Origin: an archaeon
GTDB lineage: Archaea > Iainarchaeota > Iainarchaeia > Iainarchaeales > 1-14-0-10-31-34
Reading direction: 5' to 3'
NCBI GenBank assembly: GCA_024277355.1
Contig: JAJRVL010000004.1
Span: forward strand, 240,001 to 272,000
DNA: 32,000 nt
Shown: piece by piece, positions 16,635 through 25,995 of the stretch
Position numbering within the stretch: the stretch's first letter is position 1
How the letters are laid out: every line of letters begins with the position of its first letter
Notes under the pieces: model-generated
What the model saw: only the letters and a program-made list of their open reading frames with translations
Databases searched by the model: none
What the model was told of the DNA's origin: nothing
Made by a program: the position numbers and the translations under genes

Positions 16635-17354
16635 ATGGAAACAGAACTGATTTTTCTGAAAGACTGTTATACAAAAGAATTAACAGGAGAAGTAATTGAA
16701 GTTAATTTAGAAGAAAAATGGATTATTTTAAATAAAACTATTTTTTATGCTGAATCAGGAGGACAGCCTTCAGATAAAGGAATAATTGAATTTAACGGAA
16801 AAAAAAGCAAAATAAAAGAAGTAAGAAAACAAAATGGAAGAATTTTGCATTTTATTGAAGGAGAAATTCCTGAAAAAGGAAGTGAAGTAAAAGAAATTCT
16901 TGACTGGAATTTGCGTTATAATTACATGAAAATGCATTCAGCACAACATCTTTTATCTGCATTAATTTTAGATAAATATAATGCTTCAACTGTCGGCAAC
17001 CAGATTGGAAAAGAAAAAAGCAGAATGGATTTTCATCCTTTAAGAAGCAATGAACAAATGCTGAAAGAAATGCAAGACAAATTTAATGAAATAATTGAAC
17101 AAGAAATTCCAATAACAATTTCATTTAAAGAAAGAAAAACTGTTTTAGATGAAGTAGATGAAAAACGAAGAGTTCTTTTCTCCAGATTACCTGAAGCAAT
17201 AAAAGAAATAAGAGTAATTGACATTCAAGGAATAGATAAATGCCCTTGCGGAGGAACCCACGTCAAAAACACAAAAGAAATCGGCAAAATTAAAATCCTT
17301 GGAAGACAAAACAAAGGAAAGCAAAGAGACAGAATTTCATTTGAATTAGAATAA
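16635..17354 (+). CDS. alaX: Alanyl-tRNA editing protein AlaX
   Basis: 239 aa from ATG 16635. HSAQHLLSA (HxxxH) and CPCGGTHV (CxxxH) editing-domain zinc motifs. Ends TAA-TAA. Confidence 0.8.
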   Translation: METELIFLKDCYTKELTGEVIEVNLEEKWIILNKTIFYAESGGQPSDKGIIEFNGKKSKIKEVRKQNGRILHFIEGEIPEKGSEVKEILDWNLRYNYMKMHSAQHLLSALILDKYNASTVGNQIGKEKSRMDFHPLRSNEQMLKEMQDKFNEIIEQEIPITISFKERKTVLDEVDEKRRVLFSRLPEAIKEIRVIDIQGIDKCPCGGTHVKNTKEIGKIKILGRQNKGKQRDRISFELE

Positions 17355-17399
17355 TAAACTACTTAAATACTTTTTTGTCTTTTATTTAATTGATTTTAA

Positions 17400-18731
17400 A
17401 TGGATTTAAGTGAAATAAAAGAAAAATTTTCAGTTAAAGAATCAGATGAAATAAAAGTTTTCACTGAAAATGAAGAATACACAGGAATAATGCTTCCATC
17501 TCAAAATAATAAAACTTTAACAATAAAAATGAAGTCAGGATATAATATTGGAATAGCCTCAAGAAGAATAACAAAAGTAGAAAAGCTTGGTGAAACAGAA
17601 AAAGTTGAAATCCAAAAAACAAAAAAAATAATTAAAGTTGAAGGATTACCTTTAATTTCTATTTTAAATACAGGCGGAACAATTGCTTCAAGAATTGATT
17701 ACAGGACAGGAGCAGTTAGCCCTGCAATAGAACAAGAAAAACTCATTACAAATATTCCTGAATTAATGGAAATAGCTAATATTGAAACAAAAATGATTTC
17801 AGAAATGTTTTCAGAAGACATGACATTTGAAAACTATAAAAACATAGCAGAAGAAATAGAAAAAGAAATAAAAGAAAACAAACCAAAAGGAATAATCATA
17901 GGGCACGGAACAGACACAATGCATTACACTGCAGCAGCATTAAGTTTTATGCTGGAAGACTTAAATATTCCAGTCATATTAGTTGGCTCACAAAGAAGTT
18001 CAGATAGAGGAAGTTCAGATGCCGCAATGAATTTAATTTGTGCAGCAGAATTTATTGCAAGAACAGATTTTACAGGAATAGGATTATGCATGCATGAAAG
18101 TTCAGCTGACGACAACTGCGTAATTTTAAGCGGAACAAAAAGCAGGAAAATGCATTCAAGCAGAAGAGACGCATTTAAATCAATAAATGAAATTCCAATT
18201 GCAGAAATTAATTTTGAATCAAGAAAAATTACATACTTAAAAGAAAATTATTCCAGAAAAGAACAAGGAAAAGAATTAAAATTAAAAAAAGAATTAGAAG
18301 AAAAAACTGCTTTAATTAAAATTCATCCAAATATTTCAACTGAAACATTAAAGTTTTATGAAAAAGAAAATTTTAAGGGAATTGTATTAGAAGGAACAGG
18401 ATTAGGGCATATTCCAATTGGAAGCAAAGGCAACGAAAAAAACAAAAAAAACTTGGAAGTAATAAAAAAAATGACGGAAAAAAGTGTAGTAGTAATGGCT
18501 TCACAAGCTTTTTATGGAAGAATTAATATGAATGTTTATTCAACAGGAAAAGACTTATTAAATGCAGGGGTAATTTCAGCTGAAGACATGACTCCAGAAA
18601 CAGCTTTTATTAAATTAGCCTGGCTGTTAGGAAATTATTCGCAGGAAGAAACAAAAAAATTAATTGGACAAAATTTAAGAGGAGAAATAACTGAAAGAAG
18701 CGATAAAAGAGGATTTGAGGTGATTAAATGA
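17400..18731 (+). CDS. gatD: Glutamyl-tRNA(Gln) amidotransferase subunit D
   Basis: 443-aa ORF. Asparaginase-type TGGTIAS and HGTDTM motifs follow an about 90-aa GatD-specific N-domain. Confidence 0.9.
   Translation: MDLSEIKEKFSVKESDEIKVFTENEEYTGIMLPSQNNKTLTIKMKSGYNIGIASRRITKVEKLGETEKVEIQKTKKIIKVEGLPLISILNTGGTIASRIDYRTGAVSPAIEQEKLITNIPELMEIANIETKMISEMFSEDMTFENYKNIAEEIEKEIKENKPKGIIIGHGTDTMHYTAAALSFMLEDLNIPVILVGSQRSSDRGSSDAAMNLICAAEFIARTDFTGIGLCMHESSADDNCVILSGTKSRKMHSSRRDAFKSINEIPIAEINFESRKITYLKENYSRKEQGKELKLKKELEEKTALIKIHPNISTETLKFYEKENFKGIVLEGTGLGHIPIGSKGNEKNKKNLEVIKKMTEKSVVVMASQAFYGRINMNVYSTGKDLLNAGVISAEDMTPETAFIKLAWLLGNYSQEETKKLIGQNLRGEITERSDKRGFEVIK
18719..18724 (+). promoter_or_regulatory. 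Shine-Dalgarno GGTGAT inside the gatD 3-prime end
   Basis: GAGGTGATTAA-ATGA. GGTGAT lies 3 nt before ATG 18728, which overlaps the gatD TGA stop. Confidence 0.5.
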
Positions 18732-19102
18732 TTATATCAAAAGTAGAACAGCATATTAAAGTAAATTTTAATCCAAAACAAATACTTCACGCATACGAAG
18801 TACGAGAAAATGCTTTGAGGTTAACTGAAGGAATAGAAACAGACAAAGAAGTAATTGAAATTTCAGCTTTACTTCATGAATCAGGTGCAACTCAAACTGA
18901 AAGTTCACTGAAAGCTTTAGTTTTATTAAGTGAATTAGACTATGACGAACACAAAAAACATAAAGTCGCAAAATTAATTCATAATCACCCATTTGATTCA
19001 TTTATTTTAGAGCAAAGAGTTTTATTTGAAGCAGACAAATTAGCAGAAGACACAAAAGAAAAAGGATTAATAAAAAAAATAAAATCTTTTTTCAGAAAAT
19101 AA
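18728..19102 (+). CDS. Small HD-superfamily phosphohydrolase-like protein (HE variant)
   Basis: 124-aa ORF. LHAYEV...ISALLHESG...IHNHP...EADKL follows the H...HD...H...D pattern, with Glu in place of the Asp of the HD dyad. Confidence 0.55.
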   Translation: MIISKVEQHIKVNFNPKQILHAYEVRENALRLTEGIETDKEVIEISALLHESGATQTESSLKALVLLSELDYDEHKKHKVAKLIHNHPFDSFILEQRVLFEADKLAEDTKEKGLIKKIKSFFRK

Positions 19103-19116
19103 TTTTTTTGATTTAA

Positions 19117-19662
19117 ATGATTGAAACAGAAGTAAAACATAAAATCCAAAACAAAAAAGAACTGCAAAAAACAGAAGAAAAAATAAAAAAAATTGCAGAA
19201 TACAAAAAAACTGAAACAGAACACAATATTGTGTTTGATTCCCCTGATTTTTCATTAAGAAAAAAAGGTTTTTTGTTAAGGTTAAGAAAAGATTCAAAAA
19301 ACACTTTAACTTTTAAATCCAAAATTAAAAGCAAAAAATTCAAGAAAAGACAAGAAACAGAATTTCAAGTAAAAAATTTTAATCAAACAAAAAAAATAAT
19401 TGAAAAAATAGGTTTTTTTCCTGCTTTTGTTTATGAAAAAAAAAGAAAGTACTTTGATTTTAAAGGAACAGAAATTCAAATAGATGAACTGCCTTTTATT
19501 GGATTTTACTTAGAAATAGAAGGAACAGAAAAAGGAATAATCAAAGCAGAAAAAGAATTAAACTTAAAAGAAAAAAACAGAATAACAACAAATTACTTGC
19601 AGTTATTTGTTAACTGGAAAAAAAAGCACAAAAGAAACGAAAAAAACATGATTTTTAAATAA
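19117..19662 (+). CDS. CYTH-domain (triphosphate tunnel metalloenzyme / CyaB-like) protein
   Basis: 181-aa ORF. N-terminal IETEVKHKI gives the ExExK signature. Later alternating-strand pattern LRLRKD...LTFK, YEKKRKYF and YLEIEG. Confidence 0.7.
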   Translation: MIETEVKHKIQNKKELQKTEEKIKKIAEYKKTETEHNIVFDSPDFSLRKKGFLLRLRKDSKNTLTFKSKIKSKKFKKRQETEFQVKNFNQTKKIIEKIGFFPAFVYEKKRKYFDFKGTEIQIDELPFIGFYLEIEGTEKGIIKAEKELNLKEKNRITTNYLQLFVNWKKKHKRNEKNMIFK

Positions 19663-19701
19663 AGCAAGATTTAAATAAAACAAAATAATTAATTTACAAC
19701 A

Positions 19702-19707
19702 GGTGAT
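19702..19707 (+). promoter_or_regulatory. Shine-Dalgarno GGTGAT
   Basis: CAGGTGATTTA-ATG. GGTGAT lies 3 nt before ATG 19711. Confidence 0.5.
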
Positions 19708-19710
19708 TTA

Positions 19711-20175
19711 ATGTTTGGATTTGGAAAAGGAAAAATAGAAATAACATTAGAAAAAGTTAATTTTAAACCCGGAGAAACAATTAAAGGAAAACTTATTTTA
19801 AAAATGAAAAAACCAACTAAAGCCAAAGAATTAAGAGTTCAGTTTGCCGGAATAAAAACAACTTCAGGCAGTGGAATAAGTTTTGGTTCATCAAACAACC
19901 AAAGAAAAACAACAACACAATACATTCATAACTTTAAACTGACTTTAGACGGAGAAAAAGAATACACTGATAAAGAATATGACTTTGAAATTACAATTCC
20001 TACAGAAATTCTTAGAACAGGAGGAAGCCTCCCTGAAGGAACAGCAGGAACCGCAATTAAAACACTGCAGTTTTTATCCGGAAGTTCAACCAGAATTAAC
20101 TGGTTTATTCAAGGAACATTAGACATAGAAAAAAGTCTTGACATAAACAAAAAAATCCAAATAAATGTTGCATAA
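19711..20175 (+). CDS. Spo0M-like / arrestin-N-like fold protein
   Basis: 154-aa ORF. N-terminus MFGFGKGKIEITLEKVNFKPGETIKGKLILK resembles Spo0M starts (LGIGAAKVDTVL...PGEXVXGXVXI). Confidence 0.45.
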   Translation: MFGFGKGKIEITLEKVNFKPGETIKGKLILKMKKPTKAKELRVQFAGIKTTSGSGISFGSSNNQRKTTTQYIHNFKLTLDGEKEYTDKEYDFEITIPTEILRTGGSLPEGTAGTAIKTLQFLSGSSTRINWFIQGTLDIEKSLDINKKIQINVA

Positions 20176-20237
20176 AAATCCAAAAAAACAGAAAAAGTAA
20201 AGATTTAAATGATTAATTATTCAAGTAATATTATTCA

Positions 20238-20243
20238 AGTGAT
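20238..20243 (+). promoter_or_regulatory. Shine-Dalgarno-like AGTGAT
   Basis: AGTGAT lies 3 nt before ATG 20247. Confidence 0.4.
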
Positions 20244-20246
20244 TAT

Positions 20247-21314
20247 ATGGCTTTAGAAATTCTTTCACAAACTTTTTTTGGAATTACATTACAAAACATT
20301 CTGATTTCTTTAGGAATAGCAGTTGGAGCATATATTATAGGAAAAATAGTTTATTATTTATTCAAAACAGTTGGAAGAAAATTAACTGCAAAAACAAAAA
20401 CAGACTTAGACGATGTTTTAATTGACATAATTGAAGAACCAATAGTAGCAATAATAGTTTTAGTCGGAGTATTTATTGCATTTACTTTTTTAGGAATACA
20501 AGACAAAGGAATAAACGGATTATTTAATTCTGTTTTTAAAATTGCAGTAATAATTGTTTTAGCTTGGACTGCATTTAGATTTATTAATGCATTAAGCGAC
20601 AAAATCTTAATTCCATTAAGCAAAAAAACAAAAGCTTCATTTGACGATCATCTTGTTCCATTAATTTCCAAAGGAGCAAAAGCAATAGTTGCAGTAATTG
20701 CAGTAATAATGATCATGGATTCAATTGGATTTGATGTAACTGCATTAATTGCAGGATTAGGAATTGGAGGTCTGGCAATAGCTTTTGCAGCACAAGAAAC
20801 AATATCAAATTTATTCGGCGGAATATCCTTAATGTTAGACAAATCAATTAAAATCGGAGATAAAATAAGAATAGATTCCGGCGAAGTAGGAGTAGTAAAC
20901 GAAATAGGATTAAGAAGCACAAGAATCAGAACTTTTTCAAATGAAGTAATAATTGTTCCAAACTCAAAAATGGCTAACAGTAAAATAATTAATTACGCCC
21001 AGCCAAACAATTACGGAAGAGGACAAATAAAATTCGGTGTAACTTATGGAACTGAACCCGCAAAAGTACAAAAAATAGTTTTAGATATCTTAAAAAATAA
21101 TTTAAAAGTTTCAAAAAAAGAAGACAGAAAACCAGTAGTTGAATTTCTTTCAATGGGAGATTTTTCATTAAACTTTACAGCAAAATTCTGGTGCGATGAT
21201 TACACAAACGTATGGTCAGCAGAAAGAGAATTAACAACAGCAATCTATAATGGATTAAACAAAAACAAAATTGGAATACCTTTCCCAACACAAACAGTTT
21301 ACCTGCAAAAATAA
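20247..21314 (+). CDS. Small-conductance mechanosensitive channel (MscS family)
   Basis: 355-aa ORF with N-terminal TM helices, then AAQETISNLFGGISLMLDKSIKIGDKIRI...GVVNEIGLRSTRIRTFSNEVIIVPNSKM. Confidence 0.85.
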   Translation: MALEILSQTFFGITLQNILISLGIAVGAYIIGKIVYYLFKTVGRKLTAKTKTDLDDVLIDIIEEPIVAIIVLVGVFIAFTFLGIQDKGINGLFNSVFKIAVIIVLAWTAFRFINALSDKILIPLSKKTKASFDDHLVPLISKGAKAIVAVIAVIMIMDSIGFDVTALIAGLGIGGLAIAFAAQETISNLFGGISLMLDKSIKIGDKIRIDSGEVGVVNEIGLRSTRIRTFSNEVIIVPNSKMANSKIINYAQPNNYGRGQIKFGVTYGTEPAKVQKIVLDILKNNLKVSKKEDRKPVVEFLSMGDFSLNFTAKFWCDDYTNVWSAERELTTAIYNGLNKNKIGIPFPTQTVYLQK

Positions 21315-21359
21315 AGCTTTAAATTAACTTTATTCTTTTTTTTATTAAAAGGTTTTTCA

Positions 21360-23243
21360 ATGGATTACACAGAAATAGGATTAAAAGTTGGATTAGAAAT
21401 ACACCAGCAATTAAATACAGGAAAACTGTTTTGTCGTTGTCCTGCACTAATACAAGAAGAAAAACCAGATTTTGAATTCAAAAGAAAATTAAGGCCTGTT
21501 GCCTCTGAATTAGGAAAATTTGATCCGGCTGCATTAGAAGCATTCAAAAAAAAATTTACTTATTTATACAAATATTTTAATGAATCAAACTGCTTAATTG
21601 AAGCAGACGAAGAACCGCCAAAACCAATGGATTCAGAAGCATTAAACACAGTAATAGAAATTTCATTAATGACAGAATCAGATATATTAGATGAAATTCA
21701 TGTAATGAGAAAAACAGTAATAGATGGAAGCAATACTTCAGGTTTTCAAAGAACAGCAATGATTGCATTAGGCGGAAAAATCAAATTAAAAAATAAAGAA
21801 ATAGGAATACAAACTATTGCTTTAGAAGAAGATTCAGCTAAAACCATAGAAAAAAAAGACAACACAATATTTTATTCTTTAGACAGATTAGGAATACCCT
21901 TAATTGAATTAGCAACAGAACCAGAAATTTTTACACCAATAGAAGCAAAAGAAACAGCACTAAAAATAGGGGAATTGCTTAGAAGAACCTGCAAAACAAA
22001 AAGAGGACTAGGAAGCATAAGGCAGGACGTCAATATTTCAATTAAAGAAGGCGCAAGAATTGAAATAAAAGGTGTCCAAGAGCTGGAAATGATAGATAAA
22101 TTTGTTGAAAGAGAAGTAGAAAGGCAGATGAATTTAGTTAAATTAAGAGAAGAATTAAAGGAAAGAGGAATTGAAAAACAAGAATTAAGTATGTATAAGG
22201 ACAAAGGGGTTGATTTAAGTTTAATTTTCAAAGACAGTGACTGCAAAATGGTTAAAGAAAAAAAAGTTTTTGGAACAAAAATCCCTAAATTTAATGGATT
22301 AATTGGAAAAGAACTGCAGGAAGGAAGAAGATTTGGATCAGAATTAGCTAATTATGTTAAAGCCAAAACAGGATTAAAAGGAATATTTCATTCAGATGAA
22401 TTACCAAAATACGGAATAAATGAAAAAGAAGTAAATAAAGTAAAAGAAAAACTAGAAGTAAAAAAAGAAGATGCTTTTGTTTTAGTTGTCTCAGAAGAAA
22501 AAGCAAAAACTGCATTAAATATTGTAATTGACAGATGCATTGCTGCTTTAGAAGGAGTACCAGAAGAAACAAGAAATGCTTTAAGCGAAGGAAACACTGA
22601 ATACTCAAGGCCTTTACCTGGCGCTTCAAGAATGTATCCTGAAACAGATATTCCAGTAAAAAAAATTAACAAAAAAAAATTAGAAGAATTAAAAGAAAAT
22701 TTACCTTTAACTCCAGAACAAAGAAAAATAAAATACATAAACAAATTTAAAATTTCAGAACAATTAGCAGAAAAAATGAAGTTAAATAATTATGCAAGAT
22801 TTTTTGAAGAATTAGCTGAAAAAGGATTTAAAGCAACAGACACTGCAGTTTTACTGCTTGAAGGTTTAACAACTTTAAAAAGACAGGGAATAAAAACAGA
22901 AAACTTAAATGAAAAAATGATTGAAAAAGTTTTAATTGCAGTAAAAGAAAAAAAATTAATTAAAGACAATCAATTAAAGGCTTTAAGTTTATGGACAAAA
23001 AAAAAAGAAAAGCCTTTTGAATCAATTTTACAGGAACTGCAGGAAGAACAATTTTCAGGAGAAAAAACAAGAAACACAATAAAAGAAATAATAAACAAAA
23101 ATTCAGCTATAATTAACACTCAAAATGCAAATGTTTTTTCTGCTTTAATGGGAGATGCAATGATTCAGTTAAAAGGAAAAGCTTCAGGAAAAGAAATCAG
23201 CAAAATTTTAAGAGAAGAATTAGAAAAAAAAGGAATTAAATAA
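21360..23243 (+). CDS. gatE: Glutamyl-tRNA(Gln) amidotransferase subunit E
   Basis: 627-aa ORF. N-terminus GLKVGLEIHQQLNTGKLFCRCP and GatB/E-type core (GSIRQDVNISI). Confidence 0.9.
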   Translation: MDYTEIGLKVGLEIHQQLNTGKLFCRCPALIQEEKPDFEFKRKLRPVASELGKFDPAALEAFKKKFTYLYKYFNESNCLIEADEEPPKPMDSEALNTVIEISLMTESDILDEIHVMRKTVIDGSNTSGFQRTAMIALGGKIKLKNKEIGIQTIALEEDSAKTIEKKDNTIFYSLDRLGIPLIELATEPEIFTPIEAKETALKIGELLRRTCKTKRGLGSIRQDVNISIKEGARIEIKGVQELEMIDKFVEREVERQMNLVKLREELKERGIEKQELSMYKDKGVDLSLIFKDSDCKMVKEKKVFGTKIPKFNGLIGKELQEGRRFGSELANYVKAKTGLKGIFHSDELPKYGINEKEVNKVKEKLEVKKEDAFVLVVSEEKAKTALNIVIDRCIAALEGVPEETRNALSEGNTEYSRPLPGASRMYPETDIPVKKINKKKLEELKENLPLTPEQRKIKYINKFKISEQLAEKMKLNNYARFFEELAEKGFKATDTAVLLLEGLTTLKRQGIKTENLNEKMIEKVLIAVKEKKLIKDNQLKALSLWTKKKEKPFESILQELQEEQFSGEKTRNTIKEIINKNSAIINTQNANVFSALMGDAMIQLKGKASGKEISKILREELEKKGIK

Positions 23244-23366
23244 ATTAAATAATAATTCAGAAAGAAACATTAAGGAATAAATTAAAAAGAAAGAAAACAA
23301 TTAATTAAAGAGAAAAAAATTAAATGAAATAAAAAAAGAATTAAAATTGAAAAAAGTGAATTATTA

Positions 23367-24344
23367 ATGAACTCAAATGAAATAAAAAGAATTGACTCAG
23401 AAAACTATTTTTCTTTATTAGAAAATTTCCCTGAACAAATAAGCGAAGGAATATGGATAGGAAAAAAAATTAAATTAAAAAAAAGGAAATTTGAAAACAT
23501 TGTTGTTCAGGGAATGGGAGGTTCAGGAATAACAGGAAAAATACTTGAAACTTTATTTAAAAATGAATTAAAAATCCCTATTCAGACAGTAAAAGATTAT
23601 GAAATTCCAGAATTTGTTTCAAATAAAACTTTATTTATTGCAGTAAGTTATTCAGGAAAAACAGAAGAAACTTTATCAGGATTAAGACAGGCAAAAAAAA
23701 AGAAAGCTTTTATTTTAGGAATTAGTTCAGGAAAAATAAATAACTGTAATTATTTTATTCAAATCCCAAAAAATTATCCTCCAAGAGGAGCAACTGCATT
23801 TTTAGTTACGCCTTTAATTTTTGCTTTACAGAAATTAGGTTTAATTAAAACAAAAGAAAAAGATGTATTAGAATTTATTAAATTAGCAGAAAAAATAAAA
23901 AAAGACATTAAAAAGAAAGCAGAAAATTTAGCTGAAAAAATGCATAACAAAACAGTTTTTGTTTATTCAACTAAAAAAATTGAAATTGCTTCTTTCAGAT
24001 GGATGACTCAAATAAACGAAAACTCAAAAGACTTTTGTCATGCAAATGTAATTCCAGAAATGAACCACAATGAAATAAACATGGATTACAAAAAAGGATT
24101 ATTTGTTTTTTTAAAAACACAAAATACATCAAAACAAATAAAAAAAAGAATTTCATTTACAAAAAAAGTTTTTTCAAAAAACAATACAACAATTGAAATA
24201 ACTGCAAAAGGAAAATCTTTGTTTGCACAGCTTTTTTATTTAATTTATTTAGGGGATTTTACTTCATATTATTTAGCTTTAATGAACAAAGTTAATCCTT
24301 ATCCTGTTCCTGTTATTGAAGGACTAAAAAAGGCATTAAAATGA
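23367..24344 (+). CDS. SIS-domain bifunctional phosphoglucose/phosphomannose isomerase family protein
   Basis: 325-aa ORF with GMGGSGITG and VSYSGKTEET phosphosugar-binding motifs. Size and layout match archaeal PGI/PMI. Its TGA overlaps the next ATG. Confidence 0.65.
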   Translation: MNSNEIKRIDSENYFSLLENFPEQISEGIWIGKKIKLKKRKFENIVVQGMGGSGITGKILETLFKNELKIPIQTVKDYEIPEFVSNKTLFIAVSYSGKTEETLSGLRQAKKKKAFILGISSGKINNCNYFIQIPKNYPPRGATAFLVTPLIFALQKLGLIKTKEKDVLEFIKLAEKIKKDIKKKAENLAEKMHNKTVFVYSTKKIEIASFRWMTQINENSKDFCHANVIPEMNHNEINMDYKKGLFVFLKTQNTSKQIKKRISFTKKVFSKNNTTIEITAKGKSLFAQLFYLIYLGDFTSYYLALMNKVNPYPVPVIEGLKKALK

Positions 24345-25252
24345 AAGCAATAGGCATTGATATCGGCGGAAGCGAAATTAAAGCAGGAATAATAACCAAT
24401 AAAGGAAAAATACTAAAAAAAATTAAAATTGAAACTAATTCTATTCATGGAAAAAAAAGTTTAATTAAAAACCTTGAAAGAATAATCAAAAAACTTGATT
24501 CAAAAGAAATTAAAGGCATAGGAATAGGTTTTGCAGGCGGAGTTGACTCAAAAAAAGGACAAATAATCCAAAGCCCTAATATTCCTTCAATGAATAATGT
24601 TTTTTTAGTTAAAGAATTAAAGAAAAAATTCAGAAAAAAAATTATATTAGAAAATGACGCAGCATTAATGGCTTTAGCTGAAGCATTAATTGGAGCAGGA
24701 AAAAAATATTCTATTGTTGTAGGATTAACTGCAGGAACAGGAATTGGTTCAGGACTAATAATAAACAAAAAAATTTATTCAGGAAAAGATAATTTAACTG
24801 AAATAGGCCATACAATAATCAACTTTAACGGCCCAAAATGTTCCTGTGGAAATAACGGCTGTTTAGAACAATACGTTGGAATAAAACCTTTAATGAAATT
24901 AACTGAAAGAAAAATAGAATTACATAATTCAATACTGAAAAAAATGTGGCCTTTAACTCCAAAAAAAGTTGATTTAGCAGCCAAAAAAAAAGATAAAACT
25001 GCAGTTTCAATTTTAAAAGAAACAGGAATTTATTTAGGAATAGGGTTAACAAATATTTTAAATTCATTTAATCCTGACGTAATAATTTTAGGCGGAGGAT
25101 TAAGCAATTCAGATTTAATGATTAAAACAGCAGTAAAAGAAATGAAGTTAAGAGCATTTAAGAGAACAAGAAACACTAAAATACTTAAAGCAAAATTCAG
25201 AAATAATGCAGGAATTATTGGTGCCGGACTGATTGTATTCAAATCAAATTAA
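24341..25252 (+). CDS. ROK-family sugar kinase (glucokinase-like)
   Basis: 303-aa ORF. IGIDIGGSEIK ATPase motif and ROK zinc motif CSCGNNGCLEQY. Confidence 0.85.
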   Translation: MKAIGIDIGGSEIKAGIITNKGKILKKIKIETNSIHGKKSLIKNLERIIKKLDSKEIKGIGIGFAGGVDSKKGQIIQSPNIPSMNNVFLVKELKKKFRKKIILENDAALMALAEALIGAGKKYSIVVGLTAGTGIGSGLIINKKIYSGKDNLTEIGHTIINFNGPKCSCGNNGCLEQYVGIKPLMKLTERKIELHNSILKKMWPLTPKKVDLAAKKKDKTAVSILKETGIYLGIGLTNILNSFNPDVIILGGGLSNSDLMIKTAVKEMKLRAFKRTRNTKILKAKFRNNAGIIGAGLIVFKSN

Positions 25253-25278
25253 AACCTTTCTATGCATTAAATTTAATT

Positions 25279-25284
25279 AGTGAT
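25279..25284 (+). promoter_or_regulatory. Shine-Dalgarno-like AGTGAT
   Basis: AGTGAT lies 3 nt before ATG 25288. Confidence 0.4.
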
Positions 25285-25287
25285 AAT

Positions 25288-25959
25288 ATGAATGAAAAAC
25301 AAAAAGAAAACGCAGCAAAAGAAGCAGTAAAATATATTGAAAAAGGAATGACAATAGGTTTAGGAAGCGGAAGTACAGCAGAATTGTTTGTAAAACTTTT
25401 AGCTGAAAAAAATAAAAAAGAAAATTTAGATTTAACCTGTGTTGCAACCTCAAATAAAATTGCAGGATTAGCAATTGATTTAGGATTAAAAGTAATAAGC
25501 TTTGATTCAGTTGAAAAAATTGATATTGCAGTTGACGGAGCAGACCAAATAAACGAAAAAAAAGAATTACTTAAAGGAATGGGAGCATATGCTTTCCTGA
25601 AAGAAAAAAGAATTGATTATAAAGCAGAAAAATTTATTGTAATTGCAGATGAAAGTAAATTAGTTAAAGAATTAAACGGCGAAATTTTAGTTGAAGTTGA
25701 ACCAACAGAATTATTTAATATATTAAAAAAATTAAGCGATGATTATGATGCAGAAGCAGTACAGATTTCACAAAAATGTATGCCTTTAGAAACAGAAAAC
25801 AAAAATTATGTTATTTCAATGCAATTGCATTCAGAAATAGAAAACGCAAAAAAAATGGAAAAACAAATTGACTCAATTCAAGGAGTAAAAGCAAACGGAT
25901 TATTTACAAGAAATTGCACTATAATTATTGGAACAGAAAAAGAAACAAAAATTTTATAG
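25288..25959 (+). CDS. rpiA: Ribose-5-phosphate isomerase A
   Basis: 223-aa ORF with GLGSGSTA, VDGADQI and KGMGAYAFLKEK. TAG stop. Confidence 0.85.
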   Translation: MNEKQKENAAKEAVKYIEKGMTIGLGSGSTAELFVKLLAEKNKKENLDLTCVATSNKIAGLAIDLGLKVISFDSVEKIDIAVDGADQINEKKELLKGMGAYAFLKEKRIDYKAEKFIVIADESKLVKELNGEILVEVEPTELFNILKKLSDDYDAEAVQISQKCMPLETENKNYVISMQLHSEIENAKKMEKQIDSIQGVKANGLFTRNCTIIIGTEKETKIL

Positions 25960-25966
25960 TAAAACC

Positions 25967-25974
25967 TTTAAAAA
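25967..25974 (+). promoter_or_regulatory. TATA-like box (TTTAAAAA) for purM, leaderless geometry
   Basis: Box centre is about 26 nt upstream of ATG 25996. This favours ATG 25996 over the GTG at 25987. Confidence 0.35.
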
Positions 25975-25995
25975 AAAAGGAATGAAGTGAAAAAA

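Noticed and set aside
18768-19343. Stack of four overlapping minus-strand ORFs (18768-19001, 18985-19224, 19067-19297, 19113-19343)
   Set aside because: They are antisense to the HD and CYTH genes and mutually overlapping in different frames, with F/L/C-rich low-complexity sequence. These are shadow ORFs.
21365-22744. Minus-strand ORFs inside gatE (21365-21547, 21577-21768, 21872-22246, 22357-22629, 22388-22744), and similar ones inside GT4, lig, tal, gatD, mscS, ROK and purM
   Set aside because: All are nested antisense or alternative frames within motif-supported genes, and none has a recognisable motif.
23244-23366. 123-nt A-rich spacer with repeated AATTAAA words, considered as a repeat array or CRISPR-like leader
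   Set aside because: The repeats are short, irregularly spaced and of low complexity, with no repeat-spacer periodicity. It is most simply an AT-rich promoter or leader for the PGI/PMI gene.
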